DNA of 64,000 nt from positions 316,344-380,343 of IMG/VR virus record IMGVR_UViG_3300030102_006934; one strand, written 5' to 3'. The translations under genes and the position numbers were made by a program. Below the pieces are notes generated by a model. That model saw only the letters and a list, made by a program, of their open reading frames with translations. It searched no databases and was not told where the DNA came from. Below are positions 18,999-29,112 of the stretch, piece after piece; the stretch's first letter is position 1, and every line of letters starts with the position of its first letter.

Positions 18999-19286
18999 TT
19001 AAACCAAATTATACCTTTTAACCAACCTTTTATCAACTAGGTGAGTTAAACTTTCTTTTTTAGCTAAGTCCCAAGCGTGTTTAATCGCTTTTAAACTATC
19101 ATTGAAACCGCCCTCTATAAGTTTGGTTCCTTGGTATATACCAGCACTTGTAGACCCAGGTGCTGTAGAGACATCACCCAATCTGTTTTTACCTATTTTA
19201 GGTTGTGTAATACTGTGTCTAATTTCATAGTAACCAATTTTACAAACTAATTTTCCGTACTTTGTTGCTCTAGATTTTGTTGCCAT
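18999..19286 (-). CDS. Basic hypothetical protein
   Basis: 95-aa ORF in the minus-strand operon. Confidence 0.7.
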   Translation of the reverse strand: MATKSRATKYGKLVCKIGYYEIRHSITQPKIGKNRLGDVSTAPGSTSAGIYQGTKLIEGGFNDSLKAIKHAWDLAKKESLTHLVDKRLVKRYNLV

Positions 19287-19409
19287 TTTTTATTTATTTT
19301 TGTTTATATATTACAAGTATAGTAATTATTTTTCAATAAAAAAAGGGGTTAACCACTTTTTTATTGTGAAATCTAAATTTTCTATAATTTAAAAATTCTA
19401 TAATACATT

Positions 19410-19871
19410 TTATCTTATTCTACCTCCACAAATTGGTCCTATACCAGACTTAATTGATTGTGGGGTTGTTAGTTTTTTGTGACAAGCCCCACATCTTCCA
19501 TGGTGGTATACTTTAACCATTGGGTATTTTTCTTGGCTATTAAAGAATTTATCTAAGAACCACTGAAAAACTACTACTTTTTGATCTTTTTGATAAATTT
19601 TAGAATTTCTACTGTGTTTGTATTTTTTATCTGAAAAACACGTCCCAATAAAATCGTAATTCCCATATTGACCTAAAGTGGAAACAAACCACACATCCTC
19701 TTCTTTGTGTTTTTTAACTTTGAAGGTCACGTAATTGTTTGTTAGGGTATTAGCCACTGTGAACAAAGAGTTTCCAGCGAATACAAATTCTCTGAGTTGA
19801 TTACCTCTTAATTCGTTAGCTGGTATAAAATCGTGTTTCTTTTGTTTTGTGGGTATTTTTACGAAGTCCAT
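19410..19871 (-). CDS. DUF6011-like zinc-finger protein
   Basis: HHGRCGACHKKLTTPQSIKSGIGPIC; -7 element at 19895-19902. Confidence 0.75.
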   Translation of the reverse strand: MDFVKIPTKQKKHDFIPANELRGNQLREFVFAGNSLFTVANTLTNNYVTFKVKKHKEEDVWFVSTLGQYGNYDFIGTCFSDKKYKHSRNSKIYQKDQKVVVFQWFLDKFFNSQEKYPMVKVYHHGRCGACHKKLTTPQSIKSGIGPICGGRIR

Positions 19872-19978
19872 GTTTTATTTATTTTATATTTATACAAATA
19901 TAACACACTTATTTTAATTGGCAAAACTTTAAGTAAAATAAGTCTTTATTTAAAAGTTGTTTATATTTATATTTGAGT

Positions 19979-20167
19979 ATGTTAAAAACCGAAGTCAAAA
20001 AGGGGAATATTGAAAAAGCTTTGAAATCTTACAAAAGTAAGGTTATAAAGACTAGACAAATGAAATTACTAAATAGTAAAAAAGAATTTGAAAAGCCTTC
20101 TGTTAGAAAAAGAAGGGAAAAACAAAAAGGTGCTTATAAGCAAAAAATAAGAAGGGAGAACGATTAG
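19979..20167 (+). CDS. rpsU: Ribosomal protein bS21
   Basis: IEKALKSYKSKV...KKEFEKPSVRKR...KGAY. Confidence 0.9.
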   Translation: MLKTEVKKGNIEKALKSYKSKVIKTRQMKLLNSKKEFEKPSVRKRREKQKGAYKQKIRREND

Positions 20168-20189
20168 TCCTCCCATTACTATTTTAAAC

Positions 20190-21098
20190 CTACTGTATCC
20201 TACTCATCCAAACTAATTTATCATTGTTTGTATTAAATATATCACTAAATAATGCTGAGTTTATTTGACCACTCCCAATAAAGTTACTAGGGACAAAACC
20301 ACTAAAGTCACCACCAATTGTATAGAAACCGTATAACGTCATTTCAGACATGTTGTTACCAATTACATTAGACAATGTGTAGTTTGTTGTTGTACCCCCA
20401 TTTATTGTGTATTGATTGTTTGATACAAAATGTAAAGTGTCATTAGGGTAATTGTTTGAAAACCCATCATAGTATTTAGTTACTACCCATTTTGTACCAA
20501 CGATTTCGTTTTCCTCAGTAGATTGTGTAATTAACCCACCATAAGTATAACCGTACAAAGCATTTGGTTGACAACTAGTACAGGTCTCCCCTTGTTTAAC
20601 AAATGTTAAGGTTGAAAAGTAATTATAGTTAGAACCACTAGAAGAAGCGTAACCTTCTCCTACACGAACTGTTAGTTTTTCTTCTGTGAGTTCTAAAACA
20701 ATTAAAGACCTAGAACTACCATCCTCCAAACCATTAATTGATACTATTTCAGTAGTACCATTCATTTCGTAAGCGTTTTCACCGTTGAGGGTAAAATTAG
20801 AATTACCGAAGTTCCATGTTGTAATATCTTGAACTAAACTATCGAAAAGAACGTCACTACCATTTATTGGTTGTAGGTTACTAATGTTTTGATTATCACC
20901 AAAATGGTCATAGTAAGACTTATCACCATTATCCATGTTCTCCAAATATATCCTACCATCTGATAGGATCCAGTTATAACCGATTAGTTCTGCGTTGTTC
21001 TCAACTATAACCACATTGTTTTCTGGAATTTCTATAACTTCTTTTTCACAAGATGTTGATAAAAATATTAGAGTAATAAGGAAGAATAATTTTTTCAT
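20190..21098 (-). CDS. Bacteroidota-type lipoprotein, lipocalin-like repeats
   Basis: Signal LFFLITLIFLSTS-C followed by acidic EKEVIE; two G.NW/G.KW domain starts; -7 element at 21126. Confidence 0.75.
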   Translation of the reverse strand: MKKLFFLITLIFLSTSCEKEVIEIPENNVVIVENNAELIGYNWILSDGRIYLENMDNGDKSYYDHFGDNQNISNLQPINGSDVLFDSLVQDITTWNFGNSNFTLNGENAYEMNGTTEIVSINGLEDGSSRSLIVLELTEEKLTVRVGEGYASSSGSNYNYFSTLTFVKQGETCTSCQPNALYGYTYGGLITQSTEENEIVGTKWVVTKYYDGFSNNYPNDTLHFVSNNQYTINGGTTTNYTLSNVIGNNMSEMTLYGFYTIGGDFSGFVPSNFIGSGQINSALFSDIFNTNNDKLVWMSRIQ

Positions 21099-21210
21099 TT
21101 TTAATTGTTTTAATAATTTATACTACAAATATAAGTATTTTATTATTATAGGCAAAATTTATTATTGACAATATTAAAAAAATGTCTATTTTTTGTGTTA
21201 AAATAAAATT

Positions 21211-21426
21211 ATGAATTATAGAAAAGGAGATAAAGTAAGTATAATCACTTATAACCCACCATTAGAGGCGACTGTTGCTGATTACTATGAATTACCTTTT
21301 GAACAGGTACCTATGGATAATGAAACTTTAATAAGAAAATATTACGGTAAAAAAGTACCTATAGTCGAGGTTTTCAATAACGGTAAACTCTTATCTTTTG
21401 TTGCTGATATTGTAAAAAAAAATTAA
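21211..21426 (+). CDS. Hypothetical protein
   Basis: 71-aa ORF. Confidence 0.65.
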   Translation: MNYRKGDKVSIITYNPPLEATVADYYELPFEQVPMDNETLIRKYYGKKVPIVEVFNNGKLLSFVADIVKKN

Positions 21427-22082
21427 CTTAACTTATTTTTTACTTTATCTAGTACAGACTTAACACCAAAAGTGGCTGAAGCCAAAGTTATACCCAATAA
21501 CATCTGTTTAATGTTGTTCACACTCAAGCCATATTCATTAATTATTTGTGTTAGTATGTTAGTTGTTGGTACTAACAAGAAAGTAAAACCTAATATATCA
21601 GATAAACTATAGGTTACTTCTATGGTTTTTTTAGTAACGTTATTGATAATCTTTTTAGTGTTTTTGATGAGTTCTTTAACACCTTTTAAATTAGATTCAA
21701 TACCCTTTTCTTTTATCTTATTCCTCAAAATAGTCTTATCAGAATCGTTAATTAGTATTGATATTGCTGTTATTATCAGTAAAACAATATCTTCCTTTGT
21801 CATAGATAAACCAGAACCAGATATTAATTCACTTACAGGATTTACAAAAGCTCCAATACCAGTCCCAAAGGTAAATAAGAATTTTTTGGATATATTTAAA
21901 TCGTTAATAATATCACTTATTATATTATTAGTATTTTCTTTTTCATCACTTTCTTTTATTAATAAACTTAAATCTTTATTATCACCATATTCTGAAATAT
22001 CGTTATAAAGAGCGTTAACTAACCCCTCTACATAAATTTTTTCTAAAGTTAAATTTAAGTTTATTTTTGATGTTTTTACCAT
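21423..22082 (-). CDS. Hypothetical protein with hydrophobic segments
   Basis: Minus-strand ATATTTAT at 22089-22096; LIKE-SD site. Confidence 0.7.
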   Translation of the reverse strand: MVKTSKINLNLTLEKIYVEGLVNALYNDISEYGDNKDLSLLIKESDEKENTNNIISDIINDLNISKKFLFTFGTGIGAFVNPVSELISGSGLSMTKEDIVLLIITAISILINDSDKTILRNKIKEKGIESNLKGVKELIKNTKKIINNVTKKTIEVTYSLSDILGFTFLLVPTTNILTQIINEYGLSVNNIKQMLLGITLASATFGVKSVLDKVKNKLS

Positions 22083-22110
22083 ATATTAATAAATATAAAA
22101 AAAATACAAA

Positions 22111-22317
22111 ATGTTAATACTAAAAATATTGTTTTTTTACATACTAACTATCCCAGTATGTAATCTATTATTAAATAGAATAATAAACATAGAATACCTA
22201 ATCACCGAAAAGAAGGTAAGAAGGTTAAAACGTGTATTTTATATACCATTTCTTAATATAAGTACCTATTTCATTTATTTATTGATAGTAATTATAAAAT
22301 TTAAAAGACCTTTGTAA
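22111..22317 (+). CDS. Small membrane protein
   Basis: Two hydrophobic segments. Confidence 0.5.
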   Translation: MLILKILFFYILTIPVCNLLLNRIINIEYLITEKKVRRLKRVFYIPFLNISTYFIYLLIVIIKFKRPL

Positions 22318-22334
22318 TATTTATATAGAAAGAT

Positions 22335-22829
22335 ATGAATATGAAAAAAAGAGTCGTAAAGTTTAATGAGTCGGATCTAGAAAAAATTGTTCAAAAAATA
22401 CTAAAGGAAGAGGGTGAAGAAAGAAGTTCACGTTATATGTTCTTTTCTAACTTAGAACAAATTCATAGACAAGCAGCCATGTTGTTAGAGATGGATGAAG
22501 ATATGTTGGAACAAATCTTAAATAACGGTCATGATTGGGCACAAGATCACATATCAGAAGCTAAAAATAACATGGACCAAGTATTTGATTTCATTATGAA
22601 TAAAATCAAAGAACCCCAAAACGTTTCTGTTGATGAGGGTAGTAATTTAAAAAATAATAACTTAATCTCAGAGAGTGGTAAAAACTGTGCAGACACAGAA
22701 AAGGGTTGTATTAGAAAAAGAAAGTCTGGTTGGGTTATTTTAAATAATAAAAAAGGTGGTGTTTGGAGAAAATGTGACTCCAAAAAACACTGTGAAGAAA
22801 TATTAGATGCGTTTCACGCTAGTAAGTAG
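22335..22829 (+). CDS. Leader-bearing protein with basic Cys-rich C-terminal module
   Basis: ATATTTAT at 22317; FNE-S, ILKEE, LISE-S sites. Confidence 0.8.
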   Translation: MNMKKRVVKFNESDLEKIVQKILKEEGEERSSRYMFFSNLEQIHRQAAMLLEMDEDMLEQILNNGHDWAQDHISEAKNNMDQVFDFIMNKIKEPQNVSVDEGSNLKNNNLISESGKNCADTEKGCIRKRKSGWVILNNKKGGVWRKCDSKKHCEEILDAFHASK

Positions 22830-22831
22830 TT

Positions 22832-23893
22832 ATGGAAATTAAAGAAATTATATTAGAAGAGTTATTTCTTGAGGCTAAGAAGAAAAAGAAATCTAAAAAA
22901 AAGAAGAAAGCTAAAAGAGATGCTTGTTACCATAAAGTTAAGTCTAGATATGATGTTTGGCCTTCAGCTTATGCTTCAGGAGCCTTAGTAAAATGTAGAA
23001 AAGTTGGTGCAGCTAATTGGGGTAACTCAAAGAAAGAATCTGAAGAAATAGAAAACCACAACTTAATCACTGAAAAAAAGAAAGGTAAAAGAAAGTTAAC
23101 TAAAAAGGCTAGTTCAGAATCAAACTTAGGTGATTGGTTCAAAAGAAAAGGAGCTAAAGGTTCTTCTGGTGGTTGGGTTGATTGTAATGCTCCTGACGGT
23201 AAAGGTGGTTATAAATCATGTGGTAGAAAAGAAGGTGAAAAAAGAGCTAAATACCCAGCTTGTAGACCTACACCTGGAGCATGTAAAGATAAGGGTAAAG
23301 GTAAGTCTTGGGGTAAGAAAGCTAAGAAAGAATCTATATCTGAAAGTTTACAATATCACATAGACCGTAATATACCTTTAGTGGAAAACATTTATAGATA
23401 TGGTTCAGAAGGATTCTTTAACCTTATTAATGAAACTAGAGAATTATATAAAAAAGGTGAGATAGATTTATGTTTAGCTGATAAAGAATTACTCCAAACC
23501 AATATAGGCGAGAAAGCTATGTTTGAAGGTAAAGAGGTTTGGTTAGACATCCCAATGGAAAACACAGAAGTATTATTTGAGGATGATAAGTTTAAAGGTA
23601 AAAAGTCTGGTTCCCCAACTAGAGATACTTCTGGTGGTAAAGCTTATAAAGTTTATGTTGCTGGTTGTTCAAAGAAAACAGATTCAAATCCAAGAGGAAT
23701 TAAATTAGTTAGATTTGGTTCTGGTGGTTTAAAAGCTAAGTTAAGTAACAAAGAAGCTAAAAAGTCTTACAACGCTAGACACGGTTGTTCAGAAGGAAGA
23801 CATAACGATAAGTGTAAGGCTGGTTATTGGTCTTGTAGATTACCACGTTACGCTAAAAAATTAGGTTTGTCTGGTGGTGGAACTTGGTGGTAA
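22832..23893 (+). CDS. Basic Lys/Gly/Cys-rich multi-module protein
   Basis: VWPSAYASGALVKC, WVDCN...YPACRP and KAGYWSC modules separated by LITE, ISE, LFE. Confidence 0.8.
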   Translation: MEIKEIILEELFLEAKKKKKSKKKKKAKRDACYHKVKSRYDVWPSAYASGALVKCRKVGAANWGNSKKESEEIENHNLITEKKKGKRKLTKKASSESNLGDWFKRKGAKGSSGGWVDCNAPDGKGGYKSCGRKEGEKRAKYPACRPTPGACKDKGKGKSWGKKAKKESISESLQYHIDRNIPLVENIYRYGSEGFFNLINETRELYKKGEIDLCLADKELLQTNIGEKAMFEGKEVWLDIPMENTEVLFEDDKFKGKKSGSPTRDTSGGKAYKVYVAGCSKKTDSNPRGIKLVRFGSGGLKAKLSNKEAKKSYNARHGCSEGRHNDKCKAGYWSCRLPRYAKKLGLSGGGTWW

Positions 23894-24293
23894 AATAGAG
23901 TGCCCAATATGTGATTGGGATTGGGAATTAGAATCTGATGATGATAGACCTACATTATGTCATAAATGTGGATATGATTCGGATATAAAAGAGTTTGATA
24001 TGAAAGCTTTAAAAAAATGGGAAAAAGAAAACCAACTACCATTTCAAGAACAAAAAGAAGAAAGATATATAGTTAGAACTTTTTCCGAATCGACAGAGGA
24101 TACGGAATTGGTTTGGCATAGAGATAAGGAAGATAGGATAGTTAAAAGTTTAGGTAACACTGATTGGTCGATTCAATTGGATAATGAACTTCCTAGACCT
24201 TTAACAGAAATGATTTACATCCCTAAGAATAGTTACCATAGAGTTATTAAGGGTACGGGTGATTTAAAAGTGAGAATTAACAAATTATCATGA
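23874..24293 (+). CDS. Zn-ribbon plus cupin-like protein
   Basis: CPIC...CHKC; ELVWHRD...YHRVIKG. Confidence 0.7.
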   Translation: MVELGGKIECPICDWDWELESDDDRPTLCHKCGYDSDIKEFDMKALKKWEKENQLPFQEQKEERYIVRTFSESTEDTELVWHRDKEDRIVKSLGNTDWSIQLDNELPRPLTEMIYIPKNSYHRVIKGTGDLKVRINKLS

Positions 24294-25129
24294 AAACAAT
24301 AAATGAGGAAATAAATAGGATTAAACAGATAATGGGACTTCTAAATGAAGAAGGAAAACAGTATGGTACAATACTGATATTTGGACCTCAAGGTGTTGGT
24401 AAATCCACAATCACAAAACCATTAAGTAAAAAACTTGGGATGGAAGTTATTGGTACTGATGATTTTATTAATCAAGGTGACTGGCAAAGTCAAGAAACGA
24501 AAAAGAAAGGCTGGGAAAAAAGAAAAGAAAATGAGTTTACAGGTATGGTCAGTTTTTTAAAAAACAATTTAGGTAAACCAGTTATTTTAGATGTAGGTGG
24601 TAGTCATGGTGTGTGGGAAAAAGACCATTTAATAGAAATTATGAAATTAATATCAGATTATCCTAATAGATTTTTATTGTTACCCTCAAAAGATATGGGA
24701 AAATCAAAAGAATTTTTAAGACGTAATATGTTAAACAGAGAAAAAGGGATGGAAGGTGCTATTAAATACTGGGAAGCGTTATTAAAACAAGACGACAATT
24801 TCTCTAAAAACTTTAATGGTGAAGATAAAGTGGACTGGGACAAAAGAATGGAACGTGTAAAAAGTGGTGATGAAAGTGAAGCCAAATTTTGGATTAATAA
24901 AATGCAAACGAGACTAGATTTAATTAAGTCAGGAAAAGTAACATGGGATGAATTTGATATTAACGATGATAAAACTTTAATCAAAAAATCAGACCCCACC
25001 TATTTTGAAGATTATACTCAGTATTTCATAGAAAACATGAAAAAGTCTGGGATTGGGAATCATGTGATTTATAATTTAGGTAAAGAACAAGAATCATTAG
25101 TTGATGAAATAATAAGCAAATTAAAATAA
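24290..25129 (+). CDS. P-loop kinase (shikimate/nucleotide kinase-like) with leader
   Basis: GPQGVGKST, VILDVGG; leader MKTINEEINRIKQIMGLLNEE. Confidence 0.75.
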   Translation: MKTINEEINRIKQIMGLLNEEGKQYGTILIFGPQGVGKSTITKPLSKKLGMEVIGTDDFINQGDWQSQETKKKGWEKRKENEFTGMVSFLKNNLGKPVILDVGGSHGVWEKDHLIEIMKLISDYPNRFLLLPSKDMGKSKEFLRRNMLNREKGMEGAIKYWEALLKQDDNFSKNFNGEDKVDWDKRMERVKSGDESEAKFWINKMQTRLDLIKSGKVTWDEFDINDDKTLIKKSDPTYFEDYTQYFIENMKKSGIGNHVIYNLGKEQESLVDEIISKLK

Positions 25130-25554
25130 TGAAAAATTTAATTAAAAAAGTATTGAAGGAGTCGATTGGTGGTAATTATTTTTATTTAATAACTACTAAA
25201 GATGGTAAGTATTATTTCAACGAAGGTTATGAAACTTTTGATGCTAAACACGAATTAGTCCCACTAGATGGTACACTTGATTATGATGAGTTGGATAGAC
25301 TACATCAACCAAGTCGAGGAGGTGGTTATCTCTATCAATCAAGAGAAAGAGCTGAAAAATCTTTAAAAGCTAAAATAAAATGGTATGAAAAAATTAGAAC
25401 TGAAATGGAAGATGAGAATTATCAGCAGGATGAGTTTTTCGATAAACCAAGAAGAGCTTTGATTAATCAAATGGAGGACTTAGGTTATACATGGGATGAT
25501 TTAGAAGTTAAAGAATATTATTTAGGTTTAATACCAGCAACAACAAGTATATGA
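25129..25554 (+). CDS. Leader family hypothetical protein
   Basis: MKNLIKKVLKE-S. Confidence 0.75.
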   Translation: MKNLIKKVLKESIGGNYFYLITTKDGKYYFNEGYETFDAKHELVPLDGTLDYDELDRLHQPSRGGGYLYQSRERAEKSLKAKIKWYEKIRTEMEDENYQQDEFFDKPRRALINQMEDLGYTWDDLEVKEYYLGLIPATTSI

Positions 25555-25883
25555 AAAACTTAATTAGACATATATTATTAGAAGAAGCTAGTAAAGTAGA
25601 ATACCAAGTAAGGGATATTGGTGGTCCTACTTACTATAAACGCCATAAAGGAGAAAAATGGACTTTTACAGATGAAGTAGATTTTTTCAAAAACTCTAAT
25701 AGAAACAATCTAGTTAAATGGGTAGAAAAGAAGCCGAAAAAAGGACCATTCGTTAGACAAGTAGAGGTTCCCCAAGAAGATACTGATACTTTGAAATATT
25801 TAAAGGTATACTACCAAAATTTATCCCCTAATGATTATTCGGTGAAAATTCAAGGTGAAGAAATTATTATTAAAGCAAAATGA
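25551..25883 (+). CDS. Leader family hypothetical protein
   Basis: MKNLIRHILLEE. Confidence 0.75.
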   Translation: MKNLIRHILLEEASKVEYQVRDIGGPTYYKRHKGEKWTFTDEVDFFKNSNRNNLVKWVEKKPKKGPFVRQVEVPQEDTDTLKYLKVYYQNLSPNDYSVKIQGEEIIIKAK

Positions 25884-27568
25884 AAAATTTAATTAAAAAT
25901 ATTTTGAGGAGATCAGATATAGATACATCTATTACTGAAGTTTACAATATATTCGAAGAAGAAGAGTTTGACCCATTTGGGTATATCACAGACCAAGGTG
26001 ATGAGGATTTAGAAGCTATGGAATTAGGTGTGGATTTTGAGAAAGATTGTGTTTTAGGTTTTTCAAAAAACAACGCAAAATTAGAGTGGCCTTATTTTTC
26101 TTTACCAGCTGGATATACATGTCCTTTTGCGACTGTTTGTAAAAACTTCCCCGCGAGATGGGAAGGGCCCACTAAGGGTGGTAAATTTAAAAAACCTTCT
26201 TCTTGGGACAAGAATGTTAAAGCAGGACCAAAAGCTGAGATGATGTGTTACGCGGCAAGAGCTCAAGGACAATACCCAGGGGCTAACGTACAAGCTTTTA
26301 AGAATTTGGATTTGATTAAAAAAATGAAAACCAAAGAAAAGATGGCTGATTTGATAGTTAAATCAATGAAGTATCATAATTTAGATAATACTGACGTATT
26401 AAGAATACATGAGGCTGGTGACTTCTTCAACCAAGAATATTTTGACGCTTGGGTTGAAGTAGCTGAAAGATTGCCTAATACATTATTTTATGCGTATACA
26501 GTCTCACTACCATATTATATGTCTAGAAAAAACAGTTTACCTAAGAATTTTAAGGTAATAGCCTCAATGGATAAAAACAATGAGGATTTCATTTTAGATA
26601 ACAATTTAAGATACTCAAGAGTGGTTAATTCAACAGAAGAAGCAAAAGAACTAGGATTACCAATAGATGTGGATGATTCTTTAGCTTTGGGTACTGATGA
26701 TAATTTTGCTCTAATAATACATGGTGGCCAACCTAAAGGCTCTGAAGCTGCTAAAGCTTTAAAAAAGAATAGAGAGTCTGGTTTGTATGATAAAATAAAA
26801 AAAATGAAAAAGATGAATCAAACTAAAAAAAACACTCTAAGAGATAAAATAAGAAAAGAGTTAAGGAATGAAGATTTAGAGTATTGGGGTGTTAAGGGTA
26901 ATAAAATGGGTCCTTTAAAGGAAGATGATTTTTCGTGGACTAATAATAGTAACCTTGATGGTATCATTTTTAGGACAAAAGAAAGACCAGATTTAACCTA
27001 TATTATTAAAGATAATGGTAACCCCACTGTTAGTATATATAAACAAGGTGGTGGGTTTATTAATTCTATTGTAAGAGACTATGTTAAATCACAATTTAAA
27101 ACAAATGGATGGTACGTAATAGAAGATGATAAATTAATTCATGAGGTGGACTCTGATTTTGGTTCAGAAGATGACGAAATCACATCATTAAAAGGTCACC
27201 GTGATTACACTGATTGGGTGTTTATACATAGAAACCTAAATAGACCACCATATTATTCAATTAAGGCTGGTAAGAGTGGTGGACCAGTTATTGGTTACGA
27301 TACTGACATCCATTTGAAAGATGTACAATTTAAAGTACAAAAGGGTGGTATGAATAGAGTAAGGAAAGAAAAAAGAAAAAATGTACACGCTGGTGTTGTG
27401 GGTAAAATAATTAGTTCTGGTGGTGAGTACAACACAGATGGTTGGGTTTTAATAACTTACAACCCATATAAACATGATTCTTTTGTTGAATATGAAACAG
27501 AAGAGCCTATATTTAAGGCAGATGAAGTTATACTAAAAAATGAAAGGGAGGTTTGGGCTAAAAAATGA
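25880..27568 (+). CDS. Polyprotein: GP88-like domain plus two further modules
   Basis: FSLPAGYTCPFA..C, CYAA, RIHEAGDFF, FYAYT; LKEDDFSW and IHE junctions; C-terminal RVRKEKRKNVHA domain. Confidence 0.8.
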   Translation: MKNLIKNILRRSDIDTSITEVYNIFEEEEFDPFGYITDQGDEDLEAMELGVDFEKDCVLGFSKNNAKLEWPYFSLPAGYTCPFATVCKNFPARWEGPTKGGKFKKPSSWDKNVKAGPKAEMMCYAARAQGQYPGANVQAFKNLDLIKKMKTKEKMADLIVKSMKYHNLDNTDVLRIHEAGDFFNQEYFDAWVEVAERLPNTLFYAYTVSLPYYMSRKNSLPKNFKVIASMDKNNEDFILDNNLRYSRVVNSTEEAKELGLPIDVDDSLALGTDDNFALIIHGGQPKGSEAAKALKKNRESGLYDKIKKMKKMNQTKKNTLRDKIRKELRNEDLEYWGVKGNKMGPLKEDDFSWTNNSNLDGIIFRTKERPDLTYIIKDNGNPTVSIYKQGGGFINSIVRDYVKSQFKTNGWYVIEDDKLIHEVDSDFGSEDDEITSLKGHRDYTDWVFIHRNLNRPPYYSIKAGKSGGPVIGYDTDIHLKDVQFKVQKGGMNRVRKEKRKNVHAGVVGKIISSGGEYNTDGWVLITYNPYKHDSFVEYETEEPIFKADEVILKNEREVWAKK

Positions 27569-27647
27569 TTGGAATGGTCTTCTTTCTATTCGTTTTTATT
27601 TTTTTGGTTACCTGTTCTATCATCGATGATAATATTAATAAGAAAAA

Positions 27648-29111
27648 ATGAAATTAAACTTATCTAAAATACTAAATTCTACATTAATCCTTGAGGGTAG
27701 GTGGGAGGATGTAATTAAAAAGTATAATCCCCAAGGTAGTGATATAGAAGTAATAGATTATCTATCAAGAGAAGATCCTTCTGGAAATAACAAATATTTA
27801 GACTGGATGACTAAAATTTGGATGGGTCACACCAAAGAACTACCCACAGATGAGGAAATATTGAATTTGGTAAAAAACTTTCATCAGAACTTAAGTAGAA
27901 TTAAAAACAAAGATATAAATAGTTATACCTCCTTTAAAGAATTAGGGGTGGTTGTTGATGAGGCTGTGAGAAAAGCCTACACCAAGAAAGCTAAAAAGAA
28001 TGTTATAAAAGTTTTCGAAAATGATGATATTTTAGTCTTAGCCCCTTTGAGTATTGAAGCTTCTTGTAAGTATGGTGCTGGTACTAAGTGGTGTATTGCG
28101 GCAACAAATAATCAAATGGTGGGTAACCCACATTTTGAAAGTTACACCAAACACTCTAGTTTTTATTTTTTGATAAATAAAAAAATGACAAAGGAAGAAA
28201 ACCCAAGAGAATATAAATACGCTTTACAGTGGAAACGAAGCGGTGATGAATTTACATGGTGGGATGCTCAAGATGATTCTCACAGTGTGGCTCCGAATTG
28301 GGTTACTGATGAAGTATTGGAAGCTATAAAACAAAATGGGGAAAAAGTTAATAGGGGTTTACTTAAGACAAAAATTAAAGACTTTTTAAACGCACCTAAT
28401 ATAGATGAGTATATTAAAATGAAAGATGTTCTTAATGAAAAAGAAAAAACCCAAGTCATAGACACCCTCATAAAACAAGGTTTTAGTATTGATTACTTTC
28501 CGATATTTAAAGAAGATATAACAGAATCACAAATGAAAACTTTAATAGCTAAGTTTGTTAAAGTATATACTAAAAGTGAAAGGTTTAAGTTTAAAGATTT
28601 TAACTTGATAAAGGGTTATTTAAGTAAAGAACAACTTTTTAATATTTTAGAATCTCATGTGAGTTTATTGGAAAATGATGAGGTTGTTAATTGGATGGAT
28701 ACTAATTTTTCCCATAAATATAAACACAACTTAGTTAATAAGATAGATGGAATAAATAAAATTTCTAACAATTTAAATAATAAACTTATTTTAAAAAAAT
28801 GGTCTATGACAGAAGAGGAGTTGGAAGAACAATTAGCGATATCTTATTATGCCTTTTTATCTTCTGGTGATTGGGATACTGGTCAAAGAGAAAATTTTAT
28901 AGATTCTTTAGTTAAAATAGATAGGCTGGACCCAAGTTCACATAAGACCTTAAATATGATGAAAATGAGAAAACAATTTCAACCAGCAACTAAATTGTAC
29001 ATGATTAAAACCAGTGAGGGATTACTAGACGATTATGTGGGTATGTCTGACGAAGAAATAGATGACCCCATATTAGACTCTATAAAACAAAGAGCGATAG
29101 AAATTAGGTAA
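27648..29111 (+). CDS. Paralog family A protein
   Basis: EDPSGNNKYL, RIKNKDINSY, ASCKYGAGTKWC. Confidence 0.85.
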   Translation: MKLNLSKILNSTLILEGRWEDVIKKYNPQGSDIEVIDYLSREDPSGNNKYLDWMTKIWMGHTKELPTDEEILNLVKNFHQNLSRIKNKDINSYTSFKELGVVVDEAVRKAYTKKAKKNVIKVFENDDILVLAPLSIEASCKYGAGTKWCIAATNNQMVGNPHFESYTKHSSFYFLINKKMTKEENPREYKYALQWKRSGDEFTWWDAQDDSHSVAPNWVTDEVLEAIKQNGEKVNRGLLKTKIKDFLNAPNIDEYIKMKDVLNEKEKTQVIDTLIKQGFSIDYFPIFKEDITESQMKTLIAKFVKVYTKSERFKFKDFNLIKGYLSKEQLFNILESHVSLLENDEVVNWMDTNFSHKYKHNLVNKIDGINKISNNLNNKLILKKWSMTEEELEEQLAISYYAFLSSGDWDTGQRENFIDSLVKIDRLDPSSHKTLNMMKMRKQFQPATKLYMIKTSEGLLDDYVGMSDEEIDDPILDSIKQRAIEIR

Positions 29112-29112
29112 A

